64,000 nucleotides of DNA from Zhongshania sp. (GCF_047636175.1 NZ_JBLIKC010000018.1:14481-78480); one strand, 5' to 3'; counted from the first letter of the stretch, positions 1 to 9,828 are shown. The notes: generated by a model from the sequence alone, not told the origin. Program-made: numbers and translations.

Positions 1-80
1 ACTTTGACCGCTGGCCACCGCCACCTGCCAAGGTTGGGTATTGCAGTTTGATGGTGCCCGCTGAGCAAGCCCAAAAATAG
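1..80 (+). CDS. possible 3' end of a gene entering from the left edge
   Basis: Frame from nt 3 is open (FDRWPPPPAKVGYCSLMVPAEQAQK) to TAG at 78-80; too short to assign a family. Confidence 0.25.
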   Translation, partial: FDRWPPPPAKVGYCSLMVPAEQAQK

Positions 81-181
81 ACTCTAACTCAGACTGCGCG
101 ACGGCTTCTGGCAAGAAAGCCCGCACCGAACGCCGTTCAGTCACTAAGTCGGTAAAGACCTTTAAAACATCAGTCATTATA

Positions 182-1333
182 TTAATCCGCTTGTTTAATC
201 ACACCCCCAGCTAAGAGCTGATCTATGTGATTTTGCTCTAACCCCAGAGACGCCAAGATTGACGCGGAATTTGCGCCTTCAGCGACGGGAGCATGTTGGA
301 TTTCACCTGGCGTACGCGAAAAACGTGGTGCGGGCGCCGATTGTAAGACATTGTCGCGACGAATAAGATTTTGCCTTGCCACATTATGCGGGAAAGTCTC
401 AGCTTCTTCCAAGTCCAGTATCGGCGCAACGCAGGCATCGCTACCGTCAAATAAGACTGTCCACTCGTCACGGGTTTTCTCTAAAAACCTCGCAGCCATT
501 TGCGCTCTACGGGCCGGCCATGCAGCCTTATCCATTTGCGAAAAATAATCACTGCCGCCAAAATCTAATTCGAGAATAGCCAGCATTTGAGTATAGAACT
601 GGGGCTCTATGGCGCCCACCGACATGGAGCGGCCATCTTTACACAAATAGCTTCGGTAAAATGGCGCGCCGCCATCTAGCATATTTTGCTCGCGCTCCAA
701 CTCCCAGAATTGAATACCCCTGAGGCCGTGAATGGTGCTCAACAGCGATACCGTGCCATCGCAGATTGCGGCATCAATAACCTGACCAACACCCGATTGT
801 TTTCTTTCTAATAATGCCGACAGCACGCCCAGCAATAAGAACATGGAGCCCCCACCAAGATCACCTATCACGTTTAACGGTGTCGGTGGCGCCTCGCCAG
901 CGCTGCCAAAACCGTCTAATAAACCGGTAATTGCGATGTAGTTGAGATCATGCCCTGCCCGCTTTGCCAGTGGCCCATGCTGTCCCCACCCGGTCATGCG
1001 ACCATAAATTAATGCCGTATTACGTTTGGCGCAGTCCTCTGGCCCCAGTCCTAGCTTTTCCATCACGCCGGGCCGGAAGCATTCTATTAATACATCGGCG
1101 GTTTCTACTAGCTGTAGAACCACCTCAACACCGGCGGGATTTTTAAGATCTACCGCAATCGACTTTCGGCCGCGCGCAGTAATGTCGCCGGGATGCGCGC
1201 CCAAGCCGCCGCCAGAAGTGCGATCTATGCGAATGACTTCTGCACCAAGGTCTGACAACAACATACAGGCATACGGCGCAGGACCTATGCCAGCCATTTC
1301 AATAATACGAAAACCTGTGAGTGGCCCGGACAT
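182..1333 (-). CDS. CaiB/BaiF family III CoA-transferase, alpha-methylacyl-CoA racemase-like
   Basis: N-terminal LTGFRIIEMAGIGPAPY, GHDLNY and LDGGAPFY motifs typical of the AMACR/Mcr branch. Confidence 0.85.
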   Translation of the reverse strand: MSGPLTGFRIIEMAGIGPAPYACMLLSDLGAEVIRIDRTSGGGLGAHPGDITARGRKSIAVDLKNPAGVEVVLQLVETADVLIECFRPGVMEKLGLGPEDCAKRNTALIYGRMTGWGQHGPLAKRAGHDLNYIAITGLLDGFGSAGEAPPTPLNVIGDLGGGSMFLLLGVLSALLERKQSGVGQVIDAAICDGTVSLLSTIHGLRGIQFWELEREQNMLDGGAPFYRSYLCKDGRSMSVGAIEPQFYTQMLAILELDFGGSDYFSQMDKAAWPARRAQMAARFLEKTRDEWTVLFDGSDACVAPILDLEEAETFPHNVARQNLIRRDNVLQSAPAPRFSRTPGEIQHAPVAEGANSASILASLGLEQNHIDQLLAGGVIKQAD

Positions 1334-1431
1334 TCATTTTCTCGCTATGTAAAAGGGTGTAACTGGAAGGGAACAGCACACAGCGCAGCGGCAATTCAAG
1401 ACATGGAATCGTCGCCGCACTGTAAAAAAGC

Positions 1432-2253
1432 TTAGCTGCCGGTAAAGACTGCAGGACGTTTTTCTTTAAAGGCGCGCATACCTTCTTTGGCGTCTTTAGA
1501 GCCAAAGACCGGACCAGCTAATTCATCAGATTTCTGCATGGCGTCGTCTTCAGCTAAATGTTCGGTGTGCTCACGCAGTGAACGCACCACCGCTTTAATC
1601 GCCAGCGGACCATTGGCACATATTTTTTCTGCCAGCTTCTTCGCTTCGTTCAAGGTTTCGCCCTTGGGAACAATACGGTTAATCAAGCCAAAATCTAGGG
1701 CCTGTTGGGCGGTGATATGTTCGCCTAACAGCAAAATTTCAGCGGCCAAACAGTAGGGAATTTGCTTGCGCAAGCGAATGGTCGAACCCGACATTGGGTA
1801 CAAGCCGCGCGCCACTTCGGTTACACCGAAAATAGCATCTTCGGCAGCAACACGAATATCGGTGCCCTGCAGCATCTCGGTGCCACCGGCAAGTGCATAG
1901 CCCTCTACAGCAAGCAGTAAAGGCTTGCAGGGACGGTTTTCCCGCAGTAGTGCCTGCCAATGGATATTGGGGACGGTGGCCATTAAATCCATAAATTCTT
2001 GGGTGCTGCCTTGGTCGCCATCGGGGCCGACTTTTAAGTCCATCCCGACGCAAAACGTATCGCCATTGGCGGTAAGGATGGCGCAATATAAACTGTCATC
2101 TTCGTCTAATAGACGCCACGCTTTATACAAACCCAGCAGCATTTCTGGATTAAATGCATTCTTAGCCTCGGGTCGATTTAGGGTGACAATTAAAACATTG
2201 CCTTCCTGTTCGATAAGGCAGGTTTTAGTACTGATGGCTAATTCAGTGGGCAT
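1432..2253 (-). CDS. echA19: enoyl-CoA hydratase (crotonase), EchA19-like
   Basis: Crotonase motifs FCVGMDLK, AGGTEMLQGTDIRVA, LYPMSGS; resembles recalled mycobacterial EchA19; follows the fadD19-like gene. Confidence 0.8.
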   Translation of the reverse strand: MPTELAISTKTCLIEQEGNVLIVTLNRPEAKNAFNPEMLLGLYKAWRLLDEDDSLYCAILTANGDTFCVGMDLKVGPDGDQGSTQEFMDLMATVPNIHWQALLRENRPCKPLLLAVEGYALAGGTEMLQGTDIRVAAEDAIFGVTEVARGLYPMSGSTIRLRKQIPYCLAAEILLLGEHITAQQALDFGLINRIVPKGETLNEAKKLAEKICANGPLAIKAVVRSLREHTEHLAEDDAMQKSDELAGPVFGSKDAKEGMRAFKEKRPAVFTGS

Positions 2254-2355
2254 TTTTGGGCTCCGTAAAATGTATTATTACTGCGTAGCAATAAGGGTAG
2301 CGACGCGGCACACAGCTCGGTTGCCATGATGCCCTGCCCCGCTACCATAATGTCT

Positions 2356-3987
2356 TTAGGCCGCAGCGCCTTTACCACTGTCGGCGTATGCCTTGGCGGT
2401 TTTATAATCTGGTTTACCACTTGGCGCACGGGGCAGCTCGTCTATCAAGTGAATTTCTCTAGGCACTTTGTAGCCAGCAATATGCTTGCGGCAGTGCTCT
2501 TGAATATTTTCTAGGCTTAATTGGGTTCCCTCGCGGGCCTGAATAACAGCGCTCACTCGACTGCCCCAGCGCTCATCATCAACGCCGACAACGAGGGCAT
2601 CAAATATTCCCTTGTGGGCTTTGAGTGCGTCTTCTACTTCTTCTGGGAAGATTTTTTCGCCGCCACTATTGATGCAATTAGAACCCCGTCCAAAAACGGT
2701 GATTGAGCCGTCATCTTCGAGCTTGGCGGCATCACCGGTTAGTAGCCACGTTTTATCTTCAACTTGAATAAAGGTTTTTGCGGTTTTTACAGGGTCGTTG
2801 TAATAACCATTGGGGATATACCCAGCGCGAGCAAAGATACCGGTTTCGCCTAGCTCTGCATGACGCCACGTGTCGCCCTCAAGGTTTATAAGCACATCCA
2901 TAAAATCTGTGCGGCTGACATTACCAAGGCCAGATGCGGTCTTTTTACTGCCATTATCCATACCCATTTGACCACCTTCGGACGAGCCGAAGCTGTTGGT
3001 GATAAAGACATTGGGGAAATGCATTTTAAAGGCTTCTTGCTTAGCTTCAGAGAAGATCGCACCGCCGGAACCAACATTAAATACCGCGCTTAAATCCCAG
3101 CGATCAATATTCGCGTCTAGGGCATCCAGCAGCGGAATAGCCATGGCGTCGCCAACAATTTGCACCGCGTTCACTTTCTCGTCTTGAACAACCTGCCAAA
3201 TCGCTTCGCCATTAAAAGAGCGCTGATGATTAAGGATTAAGGCATTGCCCGCCAATAGCTGAATACAGGCATACCACCATGACGCGCCGTGCATCAGTGG
3301 CGCCAGCGCAATACCGCGCAAGGCGTGTTCAGTAACGCGGCTGGCCATGTCTTCAGGCTTCTCACAGGCGCCTAGGGGTGAAAAGTGTCCACCGCCGCCC
3401 ATGGCTGCAAAAAATACATTCTTCTGTGGCCACATCACGCCTTTGGGCATGCCAGTGGTGCCACCGGTGTAGAGAATGAAATAATCATCCCCTGAGCGCT
3501 CACCGAAGTTGCGCTCTTTAGATTGGGCTTCTCGCACGGTGTGGTAATCCACTGCATCAATCGTCGCCAGCGGCTCTTCACTATGGTCGGCAACGGCAAC
3601 ACATAATTTCAGGGTCTTGGCGGCGCTGCGAACCTCAGCGATGGCCGGAATAAATTCGCGGTGATGGATACAGGCAACCATGTCCGCATTATCAAAAATA
3701 TATAACAACTCGTCTTTTACATAGCGATAGTTGACGTTGATTGGCACAGCCCGAATTTTAAAACAGGCGAGCATCGCTTCCAGATACTCATTGCAGTTAT
3801 ACATATACAGGCCGACGTGATCGCCAGCATTAACACCCTTAGACACCAGGTAATGGGCCATTTGATTGGCGCCGGCATCTAATTCCGCAAAGCTACAACG
3901 GCTCGCTCCGCAAACTAGCGCCTCGCGCTCTGGCACTTTGTCAGCAACAGCTTCAAATAAATCTGCGAGGTTAAATTGCATAGTCAT
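2356..3987 (-). CDS. fadD19: acyl-CoA synthetase, FadD19 (steroid-CoA ligase) family
   Basis: AMP-binding loop YTGGTTGMPKGVMW, NVNYRY, INSGGEKIFPEEVE; N-terminus (NLADLFEAVAD) resembles FadD19. Confidence 0.85.
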   Translation of the reverse strand: MTMQFNLADLFEAVADKVPEREALVCGASRCSFAELDAGANQMAHYLVSKGVNAGDHVGLYMYNCNEYLEAMLACFKIRAVPINVNYRYVKDELLYIFDNADMVACIHHREFIPAIAEVRSAAKTLKLCVAVADHSEEPLATIDAVDYHTVREAQSKERNFGERSGDDYFILYTGGTTGMPKGVMWPQKNVFFAAMGGGGHFSPLGACEKPEDMASRVTEHALRGIALAPLMHGASWWYACIQLLAGNALILNHQRSFNGEAIWQVVQDEKVNAVQIVGDAMAIPLLDALDANIDRWDLSAVFNVGSGGAIFSEAKQEAFKMHFPNVFITNSFGSSEGGQMGMDNGSKKTASGLGNVSRTDFMDVLINLEGDTWRHAELGETGIFARAGYIPNGYYNDPVKTAKTFIQVEDKTWLLTGDAAKLEDDGSITVFGRGSNCINSGGEKIFPEEVEDALKAHKGIFDALVVGVDDERWGSRVSAVIQAREGTQLSLENIQEHCRKHIAGYKVPREIHLIDELPRAPSGKPDYKTAKAYADSGKGAAA

Positions 3988-4175
3988 ATTCTCAATCCCT
4001 TATTATTTTCTGTGCGATATTCGTAAACTATTCTGTAAAAATTCCACACCGCTCGCAACGCTTGTATTGTTCAGCGCAGTACAAAGTATTCACAAATATA
4101 ACAACCGCCACCTAGCACCACCATCCCCCCAAGAGACGAGCCTAGGAGAAGAGCGCTAGATGGCGGCTTAGCGAA

Positions 4176-5339
4176 TTACGGCTTCTCTGAACTCACTACC
4201 CACATTGAGAAGAACTGCGCGCCACCGCCATAGGCATGTCCTAGCGCTGTTTTGGCGCCGTCTACCTGATGACCACCGGCTTCGCCACGGACCTGCTGCG
4301 CGGCTTCCGCAAAGCGAATCATACCTGATGCGCCAATGGGGTTAGAACATAGCACGCCACCGGAGCAATTCCAGGGAATGTCGCCGCCGTCGATCAAGGA
4401 GGTCGCACCCGCCATGGTCAATTCCCAGCCCTTACCGGGATCGGCAAAGCCAAGGTTTTCAAGCCACATTGGCTCGTACCAAGAAAACGGCACATAGACT
4501 TCAGCACAGTCAAAATCTTTACGTGGATTATGAATGCCAGCCTGCGCGTAAACATCTTTGGCGCAATCGATACCTGCCTGCGGATTTACTTGATTACGAC
4601 CTGCATACATCGTGGGTTCTGAGCGCATTGCCGCGCCGCGAATCCACGCCGGTTTACGAGGTGACTTAGCCGCCAGCTCTTCGTTGGCGATAACCATGGC
4701 ACAGGCACCATCAGACGAGGGACAGGCTTCTAAGAATCTCAGGGGCTCCCACAGCATTGGGCTGTCTTCAACTTCCTTGAGGGTAATATTTGGCAGCTGC
4801 AAATGCGCCAATGGGTTTCTAGAACCGTGCAAACGATCCTTAACTGCCACCTTGATACCCGCGTCGTAGGGTGCATCTGACCGACGCATATACTCGCGAA
4901 TAATCGGCGCGAAATAACCGCCCGCACCGGCATTTAAATGCGGTGAGAAAGGCTGGGGATTAGATAGCGCCCACATGGCATTCGACTCTGACTGTTTCTC
5001 ATAAGACACAGTCAAAATACGTTTAAACACCCCGCTTTGCACATACGATGCGGCAACGATGGCGGTAGAACCACCCACCGAACCCGCGGTGTGTACGCGC
5101 AACATCGGCTTGCCATTACAGCCCAGCGCGTCGGTTAAATACAATTCAGGCATAATCACGCCTTCAAACATATCCGGCGCCTTGCCAATAATGACCGCGT
5201 CGATGTCATCCCAACTTAAACCGGCGTCTTCAAGGGCATTAACCGCGGCTTCGCGCACCATGCCAGCAATGGAAACATCTTTGCGTTTGGTTTTATATTT
5301 TGTTTGGCCTACGCCAACAACAGCAGCTAACTGAGCCAT
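4176..5339 (-). CDS. ltp3: thiolase-fold protein, Ltp3-like (aldolase subunit)
   Basis: GKAPDMFEG, HTAGSVGGST (no thiolase catalytic Cys), EKQSESNAMWALS, GHAYGGG. Start moved to ATG 5339, which overlaps the upstream gene's TAA. Confidence 0.85.
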   Translation of the reverse strand: MAQLAAVVGVGQTKYKTKRKDVSIAGMVREAAVNALEDAGLSWDDIDAVIIGKAPDMFEGVIMPELYLTDALGCNGKPMLRVHTAGSVGGSTAIVAASYVQSGVFKRILTVSYEKQSESNAMWALSNPQPFSPHLNAGAGGYFAPIIREYMRRSDAPYDAGIKVAVKDRLHGSRNPLAHLQLPNITLKEVEDSPMLWEPLRFLEACPSSDGACAMVIANEELAAKSPRKPAWIRGAAMRSEPTMYAGRNQVNPQAGIDCAKDVYAQAGIHNPRKDFDCAEVYVPFSWYEPMWLENLGFADPGKGWELTMAGATSLIDGGDIPWNCSGGVLCSNPIGASGMIRFAEAAQQVRGEAGGHQVDGAKTALGHAYGGGAQFFSMWVVSSEKP

Positions 5340-6400
5340 TATTTTGCCTCCAGTACGGTAATCAGGTTTTGTTGCAAGCACGGACCTGATGTCGCGTGGG
5401 CAACACCGCGTTTTGCTTCGCCACGAATAATGCGCATGGCAACTTCACCAATACGCGACAAACCTGATGCCATCATCACGTTACCCGCCAACACACCACC
5501 GGATGGATTAATCACGGTGTTGTCATCCAAGCCCAAGGCCTTTTTAAGAATAATTTCTTGATGACTAAAGGGCGCATACAGCTCGGCAACATCAACCGGA
5601 CCATTTGCCACCCCCGCTGCCTTCGCGGCGATTTCTGTTGATACCGACCGGCTTAGATCACGCGAGCCAATGTGGTGGGTTTCAATACGGTGATCAATGC
5701 CCTTTATCACTGCATAGGGCTTGCCCCATTCCTTTGCTTTCTCGATGGTGCAGATAATCATGGCGCAGGCGCCATCTGAAATTGGGCAGCAATCATGACG
5801 ACGCAGTGGCGAAACATAGGTCGCTTCTTTCAATAAGTCAGCAGCGGTCTGATCGCCTTTTAACTGCGCGTAGGGATTATTCGCCAAGGCGTTATTTCTT
5901 GAGCGCGCCACGACCTCAGCCATATCGGTCTCGGTAATTTCGCCTGAGTCCAACATCGTTCTCGCCTGCATAGCAGCAAAGGCAATACTGTCTACCCACA
6001 GCGGTGCGAGGTAATACGGATCGAGTTGTTGAGACAGCACGATGGGGAGTTCACCCGGAGAAGATTTGCCAAAGCCGTATAATAACGCTGACTCAGCTTG
6101 CCCCATCTGGATTTTCAGCCAAGCTTCATAAAGCGCCCACGCTGCATCCATTTCCACATGTGATTCTTTAATCGGTGGCACTGCGCCCAAGGCGTCAACA
6201 CCGGCAACAAAGGCAAAGGCTGCGCCCTGCTGATAATCACAGCTACCAGAGCAAGTGAAGTCGACGTCTTGCGCGCTGCTAATTCCCGCTTGCTTAAATA
6301 CTTCACTGAGCACTGGCATGATCAGTTCTACTTCGTTTTGCGCGCCGGCATCTCGCTGGCAATTCGATTGCGCAAAGGCAACTATTGCAACATCACGCAT
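5339..6400 (-). CDS. ltp4: thiolase-fold protein, Ltp4-like (aldolase subunit)
   Basis: ESHVEMDAAWALYEA, YGFGKSS, AHATSGPCLQQNL match recalled Ltp4. Start moved to ATG 6400, just after the upstream stop. Confidence 0.85.
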   Translation of the reverse strand: MRDVAIVAFAQSNCQRDAGAQNEVELIMPVLSEVFKQAGISSAQDVDFTCSGSCDYQQGAAFAFVAGVDALGAVPPIKESHVEMDAAWALYEAWLKIQMGQAESALLYGFGKSSPGELPIVLSQQLDPYYLAPLWVDSIAFAAMQARTMLDSGEITETDMAEVVARSRNNALANNPYAQLKGDQTAADLLKEATYVSPLRRHDCCPISDGACAMIICTIEKAKEWGKPYAVIKGIDHRIETHHIGSRDLSRSVSTEIAAKAAGVANGPVDVAELYAPFSHQEIILKKALGLDDNTVINPSGGVLAGNVMMASGLSRIGEVAMRIIRGEAKRGVAHATSGPCLQQNLITVLEAK

Positions 6401-6401
6401 T

Positions 6402-7379
6402 TTATCGGCCCTCATCAATTAATTTACCAATCAGATCCACCGCCATATCCGGCTCGTCTATTGGCTTAAAGTACTGGATGTTTTCCATGGCAAAGCCCCA
6501 CTCTTCCTCAGGGCGCCAAAGCGCTTCTACTCGCATACCAATCCGCACGTCTTCGTTTTTACATTCGCTAAGCAAATGCAAGAAACTCAAGTTCGCGCCG
6601 TCTAAAACCAAATTGGCAATAACGTAGGGCGGCTTGATCGGGTTACCTGGAATGGGAATGTAAACAATAGTAAAGGACTCAACTGTGGCCTTGTTGCCTA
6701 AGGTCACTTGCTCTTCGGTCGGTACGCCACACGCCGCGCACGAACCACGGGGTGGGATATAAACATTGCGGCATTTTGGACAGCGCTGACCGACCAATTT
6801 GCCTTCTTTCATTGAACGCAAATAGAGTGAGGTCGCTTTACCTGCGGTGAAGTTATAGGTTAGGTAGCTTGGCGATTCGACACCGATAATAGGCTCATCA
6901 GAAGCCGCCGGTTTCAGCTCAGTCAGGAGCGCAACGGACTCGGGAACAAAGCCGTTAAGATCATCCATGACGCCCTTAGTCTCTGCGGCCCAACGCGCTT
7001 TGACACGCATACCAGTAGTCACCGCCGCTTCGTCACCTGCGTCTAGCCAATGCAGCATTGGGGTATCGGCGCCGTCCAGCAAAATCATTGCCCAGGCGAA
7101 TGGCTTATCACTGGGATGGGCTTTGCGGGGCTCTTTAACCCAGCACCAAGTCTTGACCACACCGCTGTCAGCAACATCGACAAATTCGGTTAATGCGGCA
7201 GCGCTCACCGGATCAAATTCCACCGGCGGCATTAGCACTTTGCCATCGCTGGCTTTAATGCCAACCATTTTGCGTGCGCGCAAGGAGGTCAAAAACTGAC
7301 CCACAATAGGTCCAGTGGACCGTGTATAGGTATAGCCCAGCGTAAAGGCTTGGCTAAGAGTTTCAGCCGATGACGACAT
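6402..7379 (-). CDS. tandem DUF35 Zn-ribbon/OB-fold protein (Rv3521-like)
   Basis: Two OB-fold repeats (PFAWAMILLDGAD; PYVIANLVLDGAN); second repeat has CPKC..CAAC; first gene of the ltp4-ltp3 operon. Confidence 0.85.
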   Translation of the reverse strand: MSSSAETLSQAFTLGYTYTRSTGPIVGQFLTSLRARKMVGIKASDGKVLMPPVEFDPVSAAALTEFVDVADSGVVKTWCWVKEPRKAHPSDKPFAWAMILLDGADTPMLHWLDAGDEAAVTTGMRVKARWAAETKGVMDDLNGFVPESVALLTELKPAASDEPIIGVESPSYLTYNFTAGKATSLYLRSMKEGKLVGQRCPKCRNVYIPPRGSCAACGVPTEEQVTLGNKATVESFTIVYIPIPGNPIKPPYVIANLVLDGANLSFLHLLSECKNEDVRIGMRVEALWRPEEEWGFAMENIQYFKPIDEPDMAVDLIGKLIDEGR

Positions 7380-7488
7380 TAGGTCTCTCCTTCGTATTTA
7401 AAATCGGTCAGCGCTGCACTTAGGTGTGTCGCCAACCAGCCTGATGCGAAGTATCTCTGTGGCCCCGAAATCAGACAATGTCGCAGCT

Positions 7489-7519
7489 GATCAAGTACAT
7501 GACAAAAACGATCAAGTAC
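7489..7519. promoter_or_regulatory. direct repeat GATCAAGTAC x2 with 21-bp period, upstream of the steroid operon; candidate operator
   Basis: Exact 10-mer at 7489-7498 and 7510-7519; palindrome GACAATGTC nearby at about 7474-7482. Confidence 0.35.
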
Positions 7520-7749
7520 TGTCGGTATTAAGCGATGAAGGAGACAGGTCTGTTATGAACTGAAGTAACGATGGGATGATGTAAATAGTGAGCCGCGAGG
7601 GCAAGGTAAATACGGTCGGTGCGCAATCACTCAAGAGAGCCATTGCGCTAGTGATAAAGCATACTCATCCATGACTTAGCGCCGGCGGGTCACGCTGAGA
7701 ACGCATACCACAAGCATACACACCGCCGCCTACTTAAGACTTAACAATG

Positions 7750-8901
7750 TTAAGGCTGAATCTGATCTACCGGGCAACTATCTGCGGGGATATTGGGATC
7801 AACGATACACTCAAAATAAGGTACGGTTTCGTTGTAGCTGCCATCGAGCATTTTGCGCATATTTTCAAACGCGACCCGCATAACCGGATGGTAGGCCTGC
7901 GCTTCTGAGGCGTGGCCGGCCAGATTAAGGTAGGGGTCAGCATCACCCGCACCCGCTGTGCCGGTCCCCGTTGTACCGGGATCCTGCTCGGCAGGAATAC
8001 CAACAATGGTGAAGAACTGCGTGGGTATACCAGAGGTGGTTAAGGTAGATGCCATTACTCGGGCCTGATTGTGGGGAACCAAACCATCATTTACTGCATG
8101 TATTACCGTGGCTGCACGCACACCGGCGAGTTTCATTTCGGCGGCATGATAAGCGGGCGAGCGTCGCGCAAACGCCAGCGGACAGGTAACCGGATTGCCA
8201 CCGGTGTCGCGCTCAATACCGGCCTGGGCTTGTGCCGCGGTTTCCGATATTGATGCAGCAGCGGTCGCCTCTGCGTAGGTTTCAGCTAACTGACTGACAC
8301 CCTCTACATCGAGCCAATAGTCATACAGCGAAGAGCCGTCTTCGGTAACAGCAGTAGATTCTATAATCGCGGTACCCGAGACAGCGCCACCCATAGATAC
8401 GCCGAACATATAGACAGTAGCGATGCTGGGGAATTTCTCCATGGCATAACGTGTTGCTGTAATCGTGTCATGGGCGCCGCGCAGGGTGGGGAAACCGAGG
8501 TTGTCCCGGTAGTCGGTGCTCACAAATGCCACGTCGCTGGGCTGGTTCTCAAATGACTTTGCTAAACGGATTTCGCGGGTCATATGGGGCAGCCAACTGT
8601 CGCGGACGTTATTGCCTATGCCATGGGCAAATACCACCAGCCGGGTAGGCGCCTCACCTTCTTTATAAACCAATATGCCTTCTGGTAATGGCAGATTTGA
8701 GTCGGTATCGGGAATGCAGCCGGGATTAACATCCTGAGGTCCGGCAATATTATAGCTGGCTAAGTCCGTGGCGGAGTCGGTAGTAAAGGTCTCGGTCACA
8801 TAAGTGGCACTACCCGGGCCAGAAACACTGGAACTGCTGCTTCCGCCACAGGCAGTAACTGTTACGGCCATAATGGCACCAAGAATAAGGGGTTTTTTCA
8901 T
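7750..8901 (-). CDS. lipoprotein with alpha/beta-hydrolase fold
   Basis: Lipobox VTAC then Gly/Ser linker; nucleophile elbow GVSMGG; candidate Asp (VNDGLVP) and His (GHAS). Confidence 0.7.
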   Translation of the reverse strand: MKKPLILGAIMAVTVTACGGSSSSSVSGPGSATYVTETFTTDSATDLASYNIAGPQDVNPGCIPDTDSNLPLPEGILVYKEGEAPTRLVVFAHGIGNNVRDSWLPHMTREIRLAKSFENQPSDVAFVSTDYRDNLGFPTLRGAHDTITATRYAMEKFPSIATVYMFGVSMGGAVSGTAIIESTAVTEDGSSLYDYWLDVEGVSQLAETYAEATAAASISETAAQAQAGIERDTGGNPVTCPLAFARRSPAYHAAEMKLAGVRAATVIHAVNDGLVPHNQARVMASTLTTSGIPTQFFTIVGIPAEQDPGTTGTGTAGAGDADPYLNLAGHASEAQAYHPVMRVAFENMRKMLDGSYNETVPYFECIVDPNIPADSCPVDQIQP

Positions 8902-9114
8902 ATTATTACCACTGCAAATAGGGAATTAGCGAGCTATGAAGCAATCTCGGAGGCAGACACTGATACACAAAATTTATTGTTTATGCTGTATCGTCACCCA
9001 GAATAGCCATGACCGTCAAATATTCAATCGCCCTAGACTGCGGTATTATTGCCGTCAAGCCACAATAGACACCGCGAAGATGTCGACAGCAACGTCTCTT
9101 TAGAACGAGTAATA

Positions 9115-9618
9115 ATGAAAGCACCCTACCAGCATCGCAATCCAGTCATACGCTACATATTATTTACTATTGGGTGGATCTCCTTCGTTTTGGGCATTAT
9201 CGGCATACTATTGCCGGTACTCCCGACAACCCCTTTCTTACTCCTTAGCGCCGCCTGCTTTTTACGCAGCTCGCCACGTTTCTATATTTGGCTGACAGAG
9301 CACCGCTGGTGGGGAAAATATATTCGCTACTATTTAAACGGCGAAGGCATACCACGGCGCATCAAAATCTTAATTATTGTCATGCTGTGGATTACCATTC
9401 TTACCAGCGCACTGCTCATTGTGAAAATACACTGGCTGAGCGTGATGATGATTTCGGTCGCCACCGTAATAAGCATTTATATTTTTAGACAGCCCGAGCC
9501 TATCCCCGAAGACATGCCCAAAGCCACTGAAACTAGAAATATTAGAGAACCTATAGAAACCACCGAGGCCGTAAAAATTAGAGATGTTCGAGAAACGCCG
9601 AAAGATCAGCATACATAG
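9115..9618 (+). CDS. ybaN: YbaN/DUF454 family membrane protein
   Basis: GIIGILLPVLPTTPFLLL..ACF.RSS motif; ATG 9115 preferred; charged C-terminal tail. Confidence 0.85.
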   Translation: MKAPYQHRNPVIRYILFTIGWISFVLGIIGILLPVLPTTPFLLLSAACFLRSSPRFYIWLTEHRWWGKYIRYYLNGEGIPRRIKILIIVMLWITILTSALLIVKIHWLSVMMISVATVISIYIFRQPEPIPEDMPKATETRNIREPIETTEAVKIRDVRETPKDQHT

Positions 9619-9780
9619 CCATATCCTCACAGCTCACGTTACCTAGACTTACAAAACAATCCCCTGTCGCACACATCGCCGACACTTAGTTCATATATCT
9701 CACTCTCAATAGCGAATCTAAGAAACGCCATTTCGAGAACTAATCGACATCATCTGAATGAAATTAACTTGACGAAACAC

Positions 9781-9828
9781 CAAAGCTCACTCAATATTAA
9801 ACACCTGTTTAATATTGAGTGAGCTTTG
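9781..9828. promoter_or_regulatory. 48-bp perfect palindrome over the TetR promoter and start codon; likely operator
   Basis: CAAAGCTCACTCAATATTAAACA-CC-TGTTTAATATTGAGTGAGCTTTG (23-bp arms); TTGACG at 9769-9774 just upstream; GTG start at 9819 lies in the right arm. Confidence 0.7.

Noticed and set aside
9795-9814. KstR-box-like AAC...GTT core in the TetR palindrome
   Set aside because: Spacing is AAC-N4-GTT rather than the N2 of TnnAACnnGTTnnA, and the TetR is not recognisably KstR
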